In this document: in pieces, positions 43,919 to 53,200 of the stretch
Numbering within the stretch: the stretch's first letter is position 1
Layout of the letters: each line of letters begins with the position of its first letter
Source of the DNA: Bacteroidota bacterium
GTDB lineage: Bacteria > Bacteroidota > Bacteroidia > Bacteroidales > VadinHA17
DNA: 64,000 bases
Direction of reading: 5' to 3'
NCBI GenBank assembly: GCA_018262715.1
Contig: JADFDS010000044.1
Location: 41,527-105,526, forward strand
The notes under the pieces: generated by a model
The model's database searches: none
Told to the model about the DNA's origin: nothing
Seen by the model: the letters and a program-made list of their open reading frames with translations, nothing else
Made by a program: the position numbers and the translations under genes

Positions 43919-44866
43919 TTAAGCCTCAGGATTCCACTTTATCACAACCTTGCCCCGGGCGTGTCCGCCGGCAGCATACTTCATTGCTTCAGCAGTTGTT
44001 TCCGGTGAAAAGTATTTCTCAATCACCGGTTTGATTATCCCATCGGATGCAAGCCCGAGCAGGTACCTGAGGTCGTTGGTGTCCGTTTTTGCAGCCAGGA
44101 AAAGCATCTTCTTCCTGCCCAGGGATAAGGGCTTCCCGATCACTATGGCCTTAAAGATCTGGGAAAGAGCTCCTCCGACCAGCACATACCTTCCATCGGC
44201 CTTCAGTGCCTTCCGGCATTTCAGCAGGGAATAATTCCCGTTAACAGCTATAATCAGGTCATATTTCCTGTTTCCCACCGCAAAATCCTCCTTCGAATAG
44301 TCTATTACACGGTCTGCGCCCAGCAATTGCGATTGCTCCACATTCTGCGTGCTGCATACGGCAGTTATTACCGCGCCGAAATGTCTGGCCAGCTGAATGG
44401 CGATTGTCCCCACCCCGCCGCTGCTACCCAGTATGCAGACCTCCTGCCCTTTCTGTATCTGTCCCTTGTTCCTGAGAGCCTGCAGGGCGGTCATCGAGGC
44501 CATGGGCAGGGCCGCTGCCATCTCAAATGAAAGGCCTGCAGGTTTATGAACAAGAGCTTTCTCAGTAGCCAGGGCGAAATCGGCAAAACCTCCGAATCCG
44601 CACCCTGAGAGATCACCCACAACCTCATCGCCCGGCCTGAACAGCTTTACATTTTTGCCGGCTGATTCCACTACTCCCGAAATATCTGCCCCGAAAATCT
44701 TACGGGCAGGTATCATCCCCATCTTCATCGAGCGGTAATCTGCAGCATTGACCGAGGCCGCGCGTATACTGACCAGCACCTCATCATCCTTCGGAAAAGG
44801 CTTCTCAACCTCTCGAAGAACAAGCCTGTACGGCTTTGCTTCCCTGTTATATACAACCGCCTTCAT
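43919..44866 (-). CDS. Medium-chain dehydrogenase/reductase (quinone oxidoreductase-like)
   Basis: 315 aa with GDEVVG, and an ILGSSGGVGTIAIQLA Rossmann motif. Confidence 0.85.
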   Translation of the reverse strand: MKAVVYNREAKPYRLVLREVEKPFPKDDEVLVSIRAASVNAADYRSMKMGMIPARKIFGADISGVVESAGKNVKLFRPGDEVVGDLSGCGFGGFADFALATEKALVHKPAGLSFEMAAALPMASMTALQALRNKGQIQKGQEVCILGSSGGVGTIAIQLARHFGAVITAVCSTQNVEQSQLLGADRVIDYSKEDFAVGNRKYDLIIAVNGNYSLLKCRKALKADGRYVLVGGALSQIFKAIVIGKPLSLGRKKMLFLAAKTDTNDLRYLLGLASDGIIKPVIEKYFSPETTAEAMKYAAGGHARGKVVIKWNPEA

Positions 44867-44875
44867 TATACTGTA

Positions 44876-45286
44876 CTATATCTCCTTCGGCCTGCCCCAC
44901 GTAAGTACTATGATCATTCCCACAATTGCCATTACCACAGCGCTGGCAAGGGTCTCGAGCACAACAGGCACCAGCGAGTTGTACATAGTGGTCATCGAAA
45001 AAAGCGACAGGTCGATGGTGGCAGTAAAAAGAGCTCCGAACAGCGCGCCTGTTTTCAGTCCGTCAACAATACCGCGGGCCCCGGACCACTTCAGGAACAG
45101 TGTCAAAAACAATGCGATAAGGAGATTGGACAGGATCATTGCCCACCAGATCATCTCCCCTTCCGGGCGATTGGCACATGTGTTGGTCATCGGAGCGAAG
45201 AAATTGTACAGCAGCACGCCGTAAACGAGCCAGCCAATGAGGAAGTAAGCTATTCCCCCGAATAAAGTACCTCTTAAGATTTTCAT
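44876..45286 (-). CDS. Small 4-TM membrane protein (DUF1761-like?)
   Basis: 136 aa and hydrophobic. The N-terminal ...GGIAYFLIGWLVYG pattern suggests the family, but the assignment is uncertain. Confidence 0.5.
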   Translation of the reverse strand: MKILRGTLFGGIAYFLIGWLVYGVLLYNFFAPMTNTCANRPEGEMIWWAMILSNLLIALFLTLFLKWSGARGIVDGLKTGALFGALFTATIDLSLFSMTTMYNSLVPVVLETLASAVVMAIVGMIIVLTWGRPKEI

Positions 45287-45460
45287 AGCAAGTGTTTTTC
45301 TGGTTAATGGTACAATTTATGAAAAACTCAGAATCTGTCCCTTTTGAAATAAATCACTGACTGCTGATGAAGTCACAGTCATACTATTCACCCTCCCGTT
45401 GCCGTTAAATGATAGTCAAGGGATGAACCCGAAAGGGGGGAGAACATTTAAAGGGACAAG

Positions 45461-46450
45461 ATGAGCCAGGGAGCGAAGCAGCCGGACCACGCCAATCATG
45501 GCGATGACTATTCATATGCAATAAAATCAGCACTTTTCGGGGTAGCCGTCGGCGACGCGCTGGGAGTGCCTGTCGAATTTAAATCCAGGGATTACATGAA
45601 TCTCCACCCGGTAACCGGGATGACAGGTTACGGGGTTCATAACCAGCCTCCCGGCACATGGTCTGATGACAGCTCCCTCACCTTCTGCCTGGCGGAAGCG
45701 CTGACTCAGGGATATGACCTCAGTGCAATTGGCCAGAGCTTTGTGAACTGGTACTTCAGGGATTACTGGACAGCCGGCGGGAAGGTCTTTGACATTGGCA
45801 CATCCACCGGTGAGGCTATTGTGCGTATTTTCAAAGGAACAAATCCGGAGCTGTCGGGTGACACAGCAGTGTCATCAAACGGCAACGGTTCGCTTATGCG
45901 GATACTGCCGCTGATGTTCCGGCTGCTCCCAAGGCCGCTGACAGAGCGTTTCGAGATAACCCGTCAGGTCTCTTCCGTCACCCACGGACACATACGGTCA
46001 ATAATATCCTGCTTCTACTACCTCGAGTTTGCGAGGCAGATCCTTGAAGGCCGGGAGAAGTATGATATATACAGGGATCTCCAGAAAATCGTTTCCGGCC
46101 ACCTCTCAGCCCTGCTGATTGACCCGGCAGAGGTGGTGGTTTTTGACCGCCTCCTCAAGTATGATATATTCAGGCTGAATGAAAACGAAATCCGCAGCGG
46201 CGGTTATGTCATTGATACCCTGGAGGCAGCCGTTTGGTGCCTTCTCACCACAGGCAGCTATAGCGAAGCAGTTCTGCGCGCAGTCAACCTTGGCAGTGAC
46301 ACCGACACCACAGCAGCCGTCACCGGCGGGCTTGCCGGGCTGCTTTACGGATTTGACACCATACCGGATTCATGGGTAAAGCAGATTGCACGAAGAAAGG
46401 ATATTGAGGAACTTGCAGAAAAGCTTGCTGTGGGCCTGAACGGCAACTGA
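45461..46450 (+). CDS. ADP-ribosylglycohydrolase family protein
   Basis: GVAVGDALGVPVEF, WSDDSSL, GNGSLMR, and the C-terminal GSDTDTTAAVTGGLAGLLYG are family hallmarks. Confidence 0.85.
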   Translation: MSQGAKQPDHANHGDDYSYAIKSALFGVAVGDALGVPVEFKSRDYMNLHPVTGMTGYGVHNQPPGTWSDDSSLTFCLAEALTQGYDLSAIGQSFVNWYFRDYWTAGGKVFDIGTSTGEAIVRIFKGTNPELSGDTAVSSNGNGSLMRILPLMFRLLPRPLTERFEITRQVSSVTHGHIRSIISCFYYLEFARQILEGREKYDIYRDLQKIVSGHLSALLIDPAEVVVFDRLLKYDIFRLNENEIRSGGYVIDTLEAAVWCLLTTGSYSEAVLRAVNLGSDTDTTAAVTGGLAGLLYGFDTIPDSWVKQIARRKDIEELAEKLAVGLNGN

Positions 46451-46516
46451 CATTTTTTTTACCTTTAACCCTCCGTGGAGACCGGAGAACTAAACCCCCG
46501 GTAGCCAATGCCGTAA

Positions 46517-47011
46517 ATGGAGGCAGAAATCATTATAAGAGACCTTGACCAATCAGAAACAGGCATCCTCAAAACGATGCTCTACAATGCCATATTCATA
46601 CCTCCTGAAGAGGTAAAACCCCCTCCGGAGATAATAGAACTGCCTGAAATTGCCGTATATATTAAAGATTTCGGAAGAGAGGGCGATATTTGCCTCGTAG
46701 CTGAGATTGAAGGTGTCATTGCCGGTGCGGTATGGACCAGGCTCTTCACTGCCGGAGCTCAGGGTTACGGATTCATAGCACCGGAGATTCCGGAGCTGAG
46801 CATGTCGGTGCTGGAGCAATACCGGCGCCAGGGCATCGGGACCATGCTGCTGGCCGGAATGCTCAAAAAGCTTGCCTCAAAAGGCTTCAGGCAGGTCTCC
46901 CTGAGCGTTGACCTTGCCAACTATGCATACCGGATGTACAGGAAACAAGGGTTTGAAGATTATGCCCGTCATGATGAATCGATGACAATGCTCAGGCAAT
47001 TAAAGCCGTAA
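46517..47011 (+). CDS. GNAT-family N-acetyltransferase
   Basis: The acetyl-CoA motif RRQGIGTMLL is embedded in a 164-aa GNAT-sized protein. Confidence 0.8.
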   Translation: MEAEIIIRDLDQSETGILKTMLYNAIFIPPEEVKPPPEIIELPEIAVYIKDFGREGDICLVAEIEGVIAGAVWTRLFTAGAQGYGFIAPEIPELSMSVLEQYRRQGIGTMLLAGMLKKLASKGFRQVSLSVDLANYAYRMYRKQGFEDYARHDESMTMLRQLKP

Positions 47012-47025
47012 TTTACAGCGACGAG

Positions 47026-47694
47026 ATGGAGACAAGAATAAAGATATGCTGTATCCATGATATCCGTGAGGCAGAGACAGCCATGAGGTACGGCGCTTCT
47101 GCAATAGGCCTGGTGGCAGCCATGCCCAGCGGCCCCGGTCCCATACCTGATGAGCTCATCAGGCAGATCGCCGCCACAACGCCACCGCCAATTGCAACAT
47201 TCCTGCTCACAAGCCGGACTTCGGTCAGGGAGATCATTGAACACCACCGTCTGACACATACGAATACTATCCAGATAGTTGATGCACTGTCTGAGGGTAC
47301 CTACGCAGAGCTTAAGTCTGCCCTGCCGGGTGTTAAGATTGTGCAGGTGGTTCATGTGCTCAGAGAGGAGTCTGTGGAGGAAGCCGTAAGAATCTCACGG
47401 TCTGTTGATGCAATACTGCTTGACAGCGGTAACCCGAATCTCAGGGTGAAGGAACTCGGAGGAACAGGGCGGGTGCATAACTGGCAACTGAGCCGCAGAA
47501 TAAGGGAGCAGGCCTCCTGCCCGGTGTTTCTTGCCGGCGGACTGAAGCCGGAGAATGTAAAGGAGGCCATTGAGACTGTTGAGCCGTTTGCGGTCGACGT
47601 ATGCAGCGGGGTAAGGACCAACGGTCTGCTTGACGCAGAAAAGCTTGGCAGGTTTATAAGTGAGGTGCGGGCAGCAGACAGAACAATTCATTAA
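47026..47694 (+). CDS. trpF: Phosphoribosylanthranilate isomerase (orphan, no other trp genes nearby)
   Basis: KICCIHDIREAETAMRYGASAIGLV...ILLDSG...GGTG...W...PVFLAGGL is the TrpF TIM-barrel pattern. Confidence 0.75.
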   Translation: METRIKICCIHDIREAETAMRYGASAIGLVAAMPSGPGPIPDELIRQIAATTPPPIATFLLTSRTSVREIIEHHRLTHTNTIQIVDALSEGTYAELKSALPGVKIVQVVHVLREESVEEAVRISRSVDAILLDSGNPNLRVKELGGTGRVHNWQLSRRIREQASCPVFLAGGLKPENVKEAIETVEPFAVDVCSGVRTNGLLDAEKLGRFISEVRAADRTIH

Positions 47695-47704
47695 AAATGA
47701 TATC

Positions 47705-48160
47705 ATGAAACTGAAAATTCTGGTCGGCAGCGGAAGGAAAATAGGGTTATTCACCCTTCCCTTCCTGGTGGCAGGAGTCGCCCTCAATCTACTTTTCCCG
47801 CAGTTTTTCAGGGTTGGCGGTCCGACGGATACCCTCAAATGGCTATCCGCCGCCATACTCGTACCGGGAGTAATAATCTGGATCTGGTCAGTTGTACTGA
47901 TACTTGTTAAAGTACCACGGCATGAGCTTATCACCACCGGGCCTTATGCCCTGGTCCTGCACCCGCTATATATAGGCGTGGCGCTGCTGGTGCTTCCATG
48001 GTTCGGGTTCCTGCTGAACACCTGGCTGGGGCTGCTGATAGGGCTGGTGGTCTACACAGGGTCAAGGCTCTATGCTCCTGAGGAAGAGAAGATCCTCGCG
48101 AAGATTTTCGGGGAAAGATGGGACAGCTATCGCAAAAAGGTACTGCTCCCCTGGCTGTAA
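47705..48160 (+). CDS. Membrane methyltransferase, ICMT/phospholipid-methyltransferase-like
   Basis: LITTGPYALVLHPLYIG and EE.IL...FG..W..Y motifs with 4 TM segments. I prefer the ATG at 47705. Confidence 0.65.
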   Translation: MKLKILVGSGRKIGLFTLPFLVAGVALNLLFPQFFRVGGPTDTLKWLSAAILVPGVIIWIWSVVLILVKVPRHELITTGPYALVLHPLYIGVALLVLPWFGFLLNTWLGLLIGLVVYTGSRLYAPEEEKILAKIFGERWDSYRKKVLLPWL

Positions 48161-48197
48161 GCCGGACCTGCACATTAATCCTAACTCTATACTTGCA

Positions 48198-48629
48198 ATG
48201 GACAAATCAAAAGAACTGACAGCCACTGTCAGGCTCATCAATGACAAACTGAACTTTTCCGGCACTGTTGAGGGGAACATTCCGGTATCAATTGATTACA
48301 CCCCGCCCCTGGGTGACAACCTGGGATACACATCACTGGAGTTGCTGTTACTAAGCCTCTCATCGTGCCTCGGAAGTGCAACCCTCACCTTCCTCAGGAG
48401 GATGGGCAAAACCATTACCGGCTTTGAAATCAGGTCGAAAGGTTTCAGGAAGCCGGAGCATCCGACAGGCTTCTCTAATATCATTATGGAAATGGACATC
48501 ACATCCGATAATCTTCATGAAGCCGAAGTGGACAAGGTGGTGAAGCTTGCGGAGGCGACCTACTGCCCTGTATGGTCGATGCTCCGGGGCAATGTGACCG
48601 TCGAGGTGAAATATAACTTCATGAAGTAA
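48198..48629 (+). CDS. OsmC/Ohr-family protein
   Basis: It has two conserved Cys contexts (LLSLSSCLG and ATYCPVWSML) and a typical size of about 143 aa from the ATG at 48198. Confidence 0.75.
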   Translation: MDKSKELTATVRLINDKLNFSGTVEGNIPVSIDYTPPLGDNLGYTSLELLLLSLSSCLGSATLTFLRRMGKTITGFEIRSKGFRKPEHPTGFSNIIMEMDITSDNLHEAEVDKVVKLAEATYCPVWSMLRGNVTVEVKYNFMK

Positions 48630-48653
48630 AAGTGCTGTTACATTCAAGTCAGA

Positions 48654-49595
48654 ATGGACGAACCGAAAACCTCCAGATCAGAGTATATCTCAAGGATCAA
48701 CAAAACCCTGGATTATATAGACTCCAACATTGAAAATCTGATGACCCTGGGTGAGCTGGCATCAGTGGCAAACTTCTCCAAATACCACTTCAACAGGATA
48801 TTCCACTCCATTGTGGGCGAAACCCCTTTCCAGTTCATCCAGCGGGTAAAGATAGAAAAAGCAGCCATGCTTCTTCTGACAAACAGGAAGATGACCGTAT
48901 CCGGGATAGCTACGAAATGCGGATTCTCAGATCTGTCGGTATTTTCACGCAATTTCAAAAGCTGCTTCGGGGTATCCCCTACAAGTTACAGGGCGAACAA
49001 ACCACAGAATAGCAATTTAAGTCAAACGGTTAGCAAGGGCAGTCAAGCCGAAGCAAAAGCCGTCCCTTATTTTTGTCCTGAGTTACAAACAATTAAATGG
49101 AGGACAAATATGAAACTGAACAAAAGTGTTGAGGTTAAGGAACTGCCGAAGATGACACTTGCCTACATCAGGCACATCGGACCGTACAAGGGTGACGACA
49201 AGCTTTTCGAGGGTCTGTGGAACAGCCTGTTTGCATGGGCCGGTCCGCGCGGCCTCATTGGCGGCAAAGGCTTCAGGTCACTGGTGATCTATCATGATGA
49301 TCCCGGTGTTACAATTGAGGACAAGCTAAGGATGAGCGTCTGTATCACAGTACCGCCGGAAACGAAGGTTGACGGGGAGATCGGAAAGATGGAGCTGGAA
49401 GCTGCAAAATATGTCATTGCCCGCTTCGAGGTCAATGCACAGCAGTTTCAGGAGGCATGGGACTGGCTATACGGAGAGTGGTTTCCTGCCAGCGGTTACC
49501 AGCCGGACGAAAAGCCCTGCTTCGAGATGTACCCCGAGGAACCAAGGGACGGGAAATTCGTGGTTGACATCTGCGTGCCGGTGAAGCCGATATGA
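48654..49595 (+). CDS. AraC-family regulator fused to a GyrI-like effector-binding domain
   Basis: The N-terminal double HTH reads LASVANFSKYHFNRIFHSIVGETPFQFIQRVKIEKA...GFSDLSVFSRNFKSCFGVSPTSYR. The C-terminus reads ...YEMYPEEP... and is GyrI-like. Confidence 0.85.
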   Translation: MDEPKTSRSEYISRINKTLDYIDSNIENLMTLGELASVANFSKYHFNRIFHSIVGETPFQFIQRVKIEKAAMLLLTNRKMTVSGIATKCGFSDLSVFSRNFKSCFGVSPTSYRANKPQNSNLSQTVSKGSQAEAKAVPYFCPELQTIKWRTNMKLNKSVEVKELPKMTLAYIRHIGPYKGDDKLFEGLWNSLFAWAGPRGLIGGKGFRSLVIYHDDPGVTIEDKLRMSVCITVPPETKVDGEIGKMELEAAKYVIARFEVNAQQFQEAWDWLYGEWFPASGYQPDEKPCFEMYPEEPRDGKFVVDICVPVKPI

Positions 49596-49621
49596 TAAAA
49601 TCCGGGGTGTCAGTGAGATTT

Positions 49622-49652
49622 GAGCCTGCCACAGCGCAGGCTCTCTTTTTTT
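49622..49652 (+). terminator. Rho-independent terminator
   Basis: Stem GAGCCTGC / GCAGGCTC with a 6-nt loop, followed by TCTTTTTTT. Confidence 0.75.
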
Positions 49653-49769
49653 AGAAACCACCGGCGGGCAGCATCTGGCGGCTCTTTGCTGATTGAATAA
49701 CTGCTCATTCTCAATATTTTCCGTGAACTTTTCAGCCGGTTAATCCTTATTACTGAAAACAAACCGGTT

Positions 49770-50840
49770 ATGAAATTCAGGCGGATAGTGTTTCCCTCTA
49801 TTGTCAGAACCGTACTCCTGCATATTCTGTTCTGGATTATGACGGTTATATACTTTGCCTGGGGTTTTGGCCTGAATGTAAATCCCGGAAGGTCTCTGAT
49901 AAATTCCGCACTTTATCTTCCCGGATTCTTTCTGATGGTATACACGCTCCTGTATGTGCTGGTTCCAAGATTCCTTTTGAAAAAGAAGCTTTTTTTGTTT
50001 TTTGCCGGACTGGGGATTGTACTGGCAATCTGTATGATCTACTCCAACCTTGCCCAGCTGGGCCTTGATGCTTCAGCCCCTCTCAAGGGCATGACCCTTA
50101 AAGTCGGCAGGAATGTGCTCCCCTATCTTCATGTAGCTGGAATAGCTCTTTCAGTCAGGATGCTTATGTACTGGTATGAACAGCGTGAGCAAACCCTGGA
50201 AGCGGAACAGAAGAAAACAGCAGTGGAACTGCAGTTGCTGAAGGCACAGCTCCATCCTCATTTTCTCTTCAATACACTGAACAACCTCTACTCCCACACC
50301 CTCGAGGCATCACCCAGATCTCCGGAAATAGTGCTGAAACTTTCAGAATTGCTGAGGTCTATGATCTATGACAGCAATGCCCCTAAAATTCCCCTTGCAA
50401 AGGAAATAGGACTGCTGCGAAACTACATTACCCTTGAACAGATTCGCTATGGAGACCGCCTTGAAATTTCAGTCACAGTAACAGGAGAGGCCGGCAGATA
50501 TCAGATTGCCCCGTTCCTGCTTCTCCCCTTCCTTGAGAATGCATTTAAGCACGGCACCGGAAAGCAACTGGGACGGTGCTGGATAACCATCGATATTGAA
50601 GTGGCAGGCCCGGTCATGTATTTTAAACTGGTCAACAGCGCAGATCCTGAAAAGGATGAGGAACCTGCAAATACAGGAGGATTGGGTCTTGCGAACGTCA
50701 GAAGAAGACTGGAACTGATGTACGCTGACAGGCACCGTTTACTGACGACCAGGCTGAAAGAGACTTTTGTCGTGGATCTTGTTATGACACTGGAAAAAAC
50801 CGAGGAAAGATATGCAGAAATGGAAATGTCTTATTGTTGA
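49770..50840 (+). CDS. LytS/YehU-type sensor histidine kinase (membrane)
   Basis: 4-5 N-terminal TM segments. The His_kinase box reads LKAQLHPHFLFNTLNNL, followed by a GHKL ATPase region (ENAFKHG; GGLGLANVRRRL). Confidence 0.85.
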   Translation: MKFRRIVFPSIVRTVLLHILFWIMTVIYFAWGFGLNVNPGRSLINSALYLPGFFLMVYTLLYVLVPRFLLKKKLFLFFAGLGIVLAICMIYSNLAQLGLDASAPLKGMTLKVGRNVLPYLHVAGIALSVRMLMYWYEQREQTLEAEQKKTAVELQLLKAQLHPHFLFNTLNNLYSHTLEASPRSPEIVLKLSELLRSMIYDSNAPKIPLAKEIGLLRNYITLEQIRYGDRLEISVTVTGEAGRYQIAPFLLLPFLENAFKHGTGKQLGRCWITIDIEVAGPVMYFKLVNSADPEKDEEPANTGGLGLANVRRRLELMYADRHRLLTTRLKETFVVDLVMTLEKTEERYAEMEMSYC

Positions 50841-51537
50841 TGATGAGCCCCCGGCGGCGAGAGTCCTCCGCAACTATATCGAATCCCTCGATTACCTCGA
50901 GGTTGCAGGAACATGCAGTAATGCCTTTGAGGCAATAGAGATGCTGAACTCGATGAAGGTTGACCTGATGTTTCTCGACATCAGTATCCCTAAGATGCTG
51001 GGTACGCAGATGGTCAGGACCATCCGGACTACCCCGCGGGTGATTTTCATCACTGCTCACAGGGACTATGCTGCAGAGGCATTTGAACTTGATGCTGTTG
51101 ACTACCTGATGAAGCCTGTCTCCTTCGAGCGGTTCATGAAAGCTGTAAACAAATTCCGGCAGGTATGCACCCCTGACCCGGAGTTGAACGACCACTCTCC
51201 GGGCTTCCTTTACTTCCGCACTGAAAGGAAGATGGTGAAGGTCTTTCTCGATGACATTACCTATATCGAAAGCTTCAGGGATTATATCATCATCCACAGG
51301 CAAACCGCAGCTGACCTGAAAGTAAAATGCGGAATAAGCAGTGTTGAAAGCATGCTGCCCCATAACCGGTTTCTCCGGATACACCGCTCCTTCATCGTGT
51401 CAGTGCCGAAGGTGACAGCATTTACAACAAATGATGTCGAAATAGGCACCAGGGAATTGCCCATCGGAAGGAGTTACCATGAAGTTCATGAGAAACTTAC
51501 ATCCGGTAATGCCGTTTTCAGGGGGATTGAGCTTTAG
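50812..51537 (+). CDS. LytTR-family response regulator
   Basis: The receiver domain reads KCLIVDDE...DLMFLDISIP...IFITA. The C-terminal LytTR reads DITYIES..DYIIIH...FLRIHRSFIV. It overlaps the kinase gene by 29 nt. Confidence 0.9.
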   Translation: MQKWKCLIVDDEPPAARVLRNYIESLDYLEVAGTCSNAFEAIEMLNSMKVDLMFLDISIPKMLGTQMVRTIRTTPRVIFITAHRDYAAEAFELDAVDYLMKPVSFERFMKAVNKFRQVCTPDPELNDHSPGFLYFRTERKMVKVFLDDITYIESFRDYIIIHRQTAADLKVKCGISSVESMLPHNRFLRIHRSFIVSVPKVTAFTTNDVEIGTRELPIGRSYHEVHEKLTSGNAVFRGIEL

Positions 51538-51550
51538 TCAATGATTGAAA

Positions 51551-51580
51551 AATCCGGCCGGGAAAGTGTCCGGCCGGATT
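51551..51580. terminator. Bidirectional hairpin terminator between convergent genes
   Basis: AATCCGGCCGG / CCGGCCGGATT stem, flanked by A-runs on the left and T on the right. Confidence 0.65.
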
Positions 51581-51605
51581 TCACATTACATGGAAAACTG
51601 CAACC

Positions 51606-52967
51606 TTAAAGAGCCCTGAGGTTATTGGCAAAGACGAACCTTGCCAGCTCACGTCCCTTCATTTCTCCATGGATGACATCATTCCTGAAATGGTACCCGA
51701 TGTAGATCCTTGATTCTGCGCATTCACTTGCGAACTGCGAGAAGGAGGAGAAACTGCGCTCCACACCCGGAAGCGAGTAACTGCCTATCTTGTACTGAAC
51801 GTTATCCCTCTTGAAATAGAGATGCAGAATCTCAGTTACTGCCCCTGCGGCCTCTGCATGAGTTGAAGGATATGTCGGAGTCGGAGGCGTATTCCTTGCG
51901 CCACTCAGAATAGACCACCCGGCATCACCCGTCGTTGCTCCATTGCCATCAAGTTCGCCTAGCCTTATAGCAGTTTCAGGCCTCCAGAGATTGTAATGAT
52001 ACTTCCCTTCAAATGAACTCTGAACTGCGTCGAACTGGGCCATATGGACAAGAGCCAACAGCCTGGCCGTTTCCCAGCAGTCGAGATTGAATTTGACTGC
52101 CACTACCCGTACAACCCTGTTGATGGAGCTTGCCACGTTGTCAAGGAAGAATAATCCCATCTCAGCCTGCTCCGGAGTTCTTGCGGTGCTGCTGTTGCTG
52201 CCGAGGAGCTTCACCTCATTGTAGTCATCGGCGTATTCGAAAGAACCGACAGAATACGGCGGTATTGCACGGAACTGGTCACTTGACAGGACCCCAAACG
52301 GTTCAAGCTCCCCGAGGTCCGGGGCATAAGCCGCATTGGCCGGCCAGTTCGGGCCTGGATTTGCAAAATTGCCGGGCGATCTGTACTGACCGGGCTCAGT
52401 TCCCTGTGGATAAGCCTGGAAAATGAGCGGAAGGTCTCCACTCCTCTTAAGGAGCATAGCCGCAGCTGCCCTTGCACCTGCATCAATGGCCATGTCCCTG
52501 TACTCTGATGCTTCAACCTCTTCCAGACAGGCCTCAAGAAGTATACCTGCATCACGCTCCGTAGCCGGAACCAGTGCCACCAGGACATCATGTGCAGCCT
52601 GTGACGCTGCAGCATTGGCAAGGCCCTGGATAACCTTCCTGGTAATGCCCTTCGTGTTTACACCGCTGTTATCAAGCGCATAGGTCTCATAATAAGGGAT
52701 AACCTGGTTAAGCGCATCATGCATGGCAAGCATCACCATGGCATATATCCTCGCCTCCGGCGGAGGCGGCATCTTGTTGTCCACCACCTTGCTTACAGCC
52801 TCATTCCATTTCAGCACAATACTGTTGTCAGTAGGCTTTATCAGTCCATTGTAGGCAATCTTAAGATCACCAAATTCAGATTCGTCAATCGGTTCATCCG
52901 TTTCGCAGGAGCCAAGTGCTACTCCTATTATGACAGCGGCCCCCAGCAGTTTAAAGTGTTTTTTCAT
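51606..52967 (-). CDS. PAP2-superfamily / vanadium-dependent haloperoxidase-like lipoprotein
   Basis: All three signature motifs are present: KX6RP (KYHYNLWRP), PSxH (YPSTHAEA) and SRX5HX3D (SRIYIGYHFRND). Lipobox ALGSC follows the ATG at 52967. Confidence 0.75.
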   Translation of the reverse strand: MKKHFKLLGAAVIIGVALGSCETDEPIDESEFGDLKIAYNGLIKPTDNSIVLKWNEAVSKVVDNKMPPPPEARIYAMVMLAMHDALNQVIPYYETYALDNSGVNTKGITRKVIQGLANAAASQAAHDVLVALVPATERDAGILLEACLEEVEASEYRDMAIDAGARAAAAMLLKRSGDLPLIFQAYPQGTEPGQYRSPGNFANPGPNWPANAAYAPDLGELEPFGVLSSDQFRAIPPYSVGSFEYADDYNEVKLLGSNSSTARTPEQAEMGLFFLDNVASSINRVVRVVAVKFNLDCWETARLLALVHMAQFDAVQSSFEGKYHYNLWRPETAIRLGELDGNGATTGDAGWSILSGARNTPPTPTYPSTHAEAAGAVTEILHLYFKRDNVQYKIGSYSLPGVERSFSSFSQFASECAESRIYIGYHFRNDVIHGEMKGRELARFVFANNLRAL

Positions 52968-53200
52968 GACTGTTTTGTTTTTAATGGTTTTATGATGCAA
53001 TATTAAAGGACCCGGATATCCTTTTATATTACCTGATGACATTTGATAAGGTTTGGTCGACGAACAGCAATTTCAGGTGGACGAATCGGAAGACCTTTTT
53101 GTCTGCCATTTTGCAGCGCTTTTGAATCCGGAAGGTCTTTAGCCTGGGAATCATCCCCAGCCATCAGCCTGAGGTCAGAAGCGACACAAAACATATTGAT

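Noticed and set aside
50782-51384. 200-aa minus-strand ORF antisense to the LytTR response regulator
   Set aside because: The plus strand encodes unmistakable receiver and LytTR domains. This is a shadow ORF.
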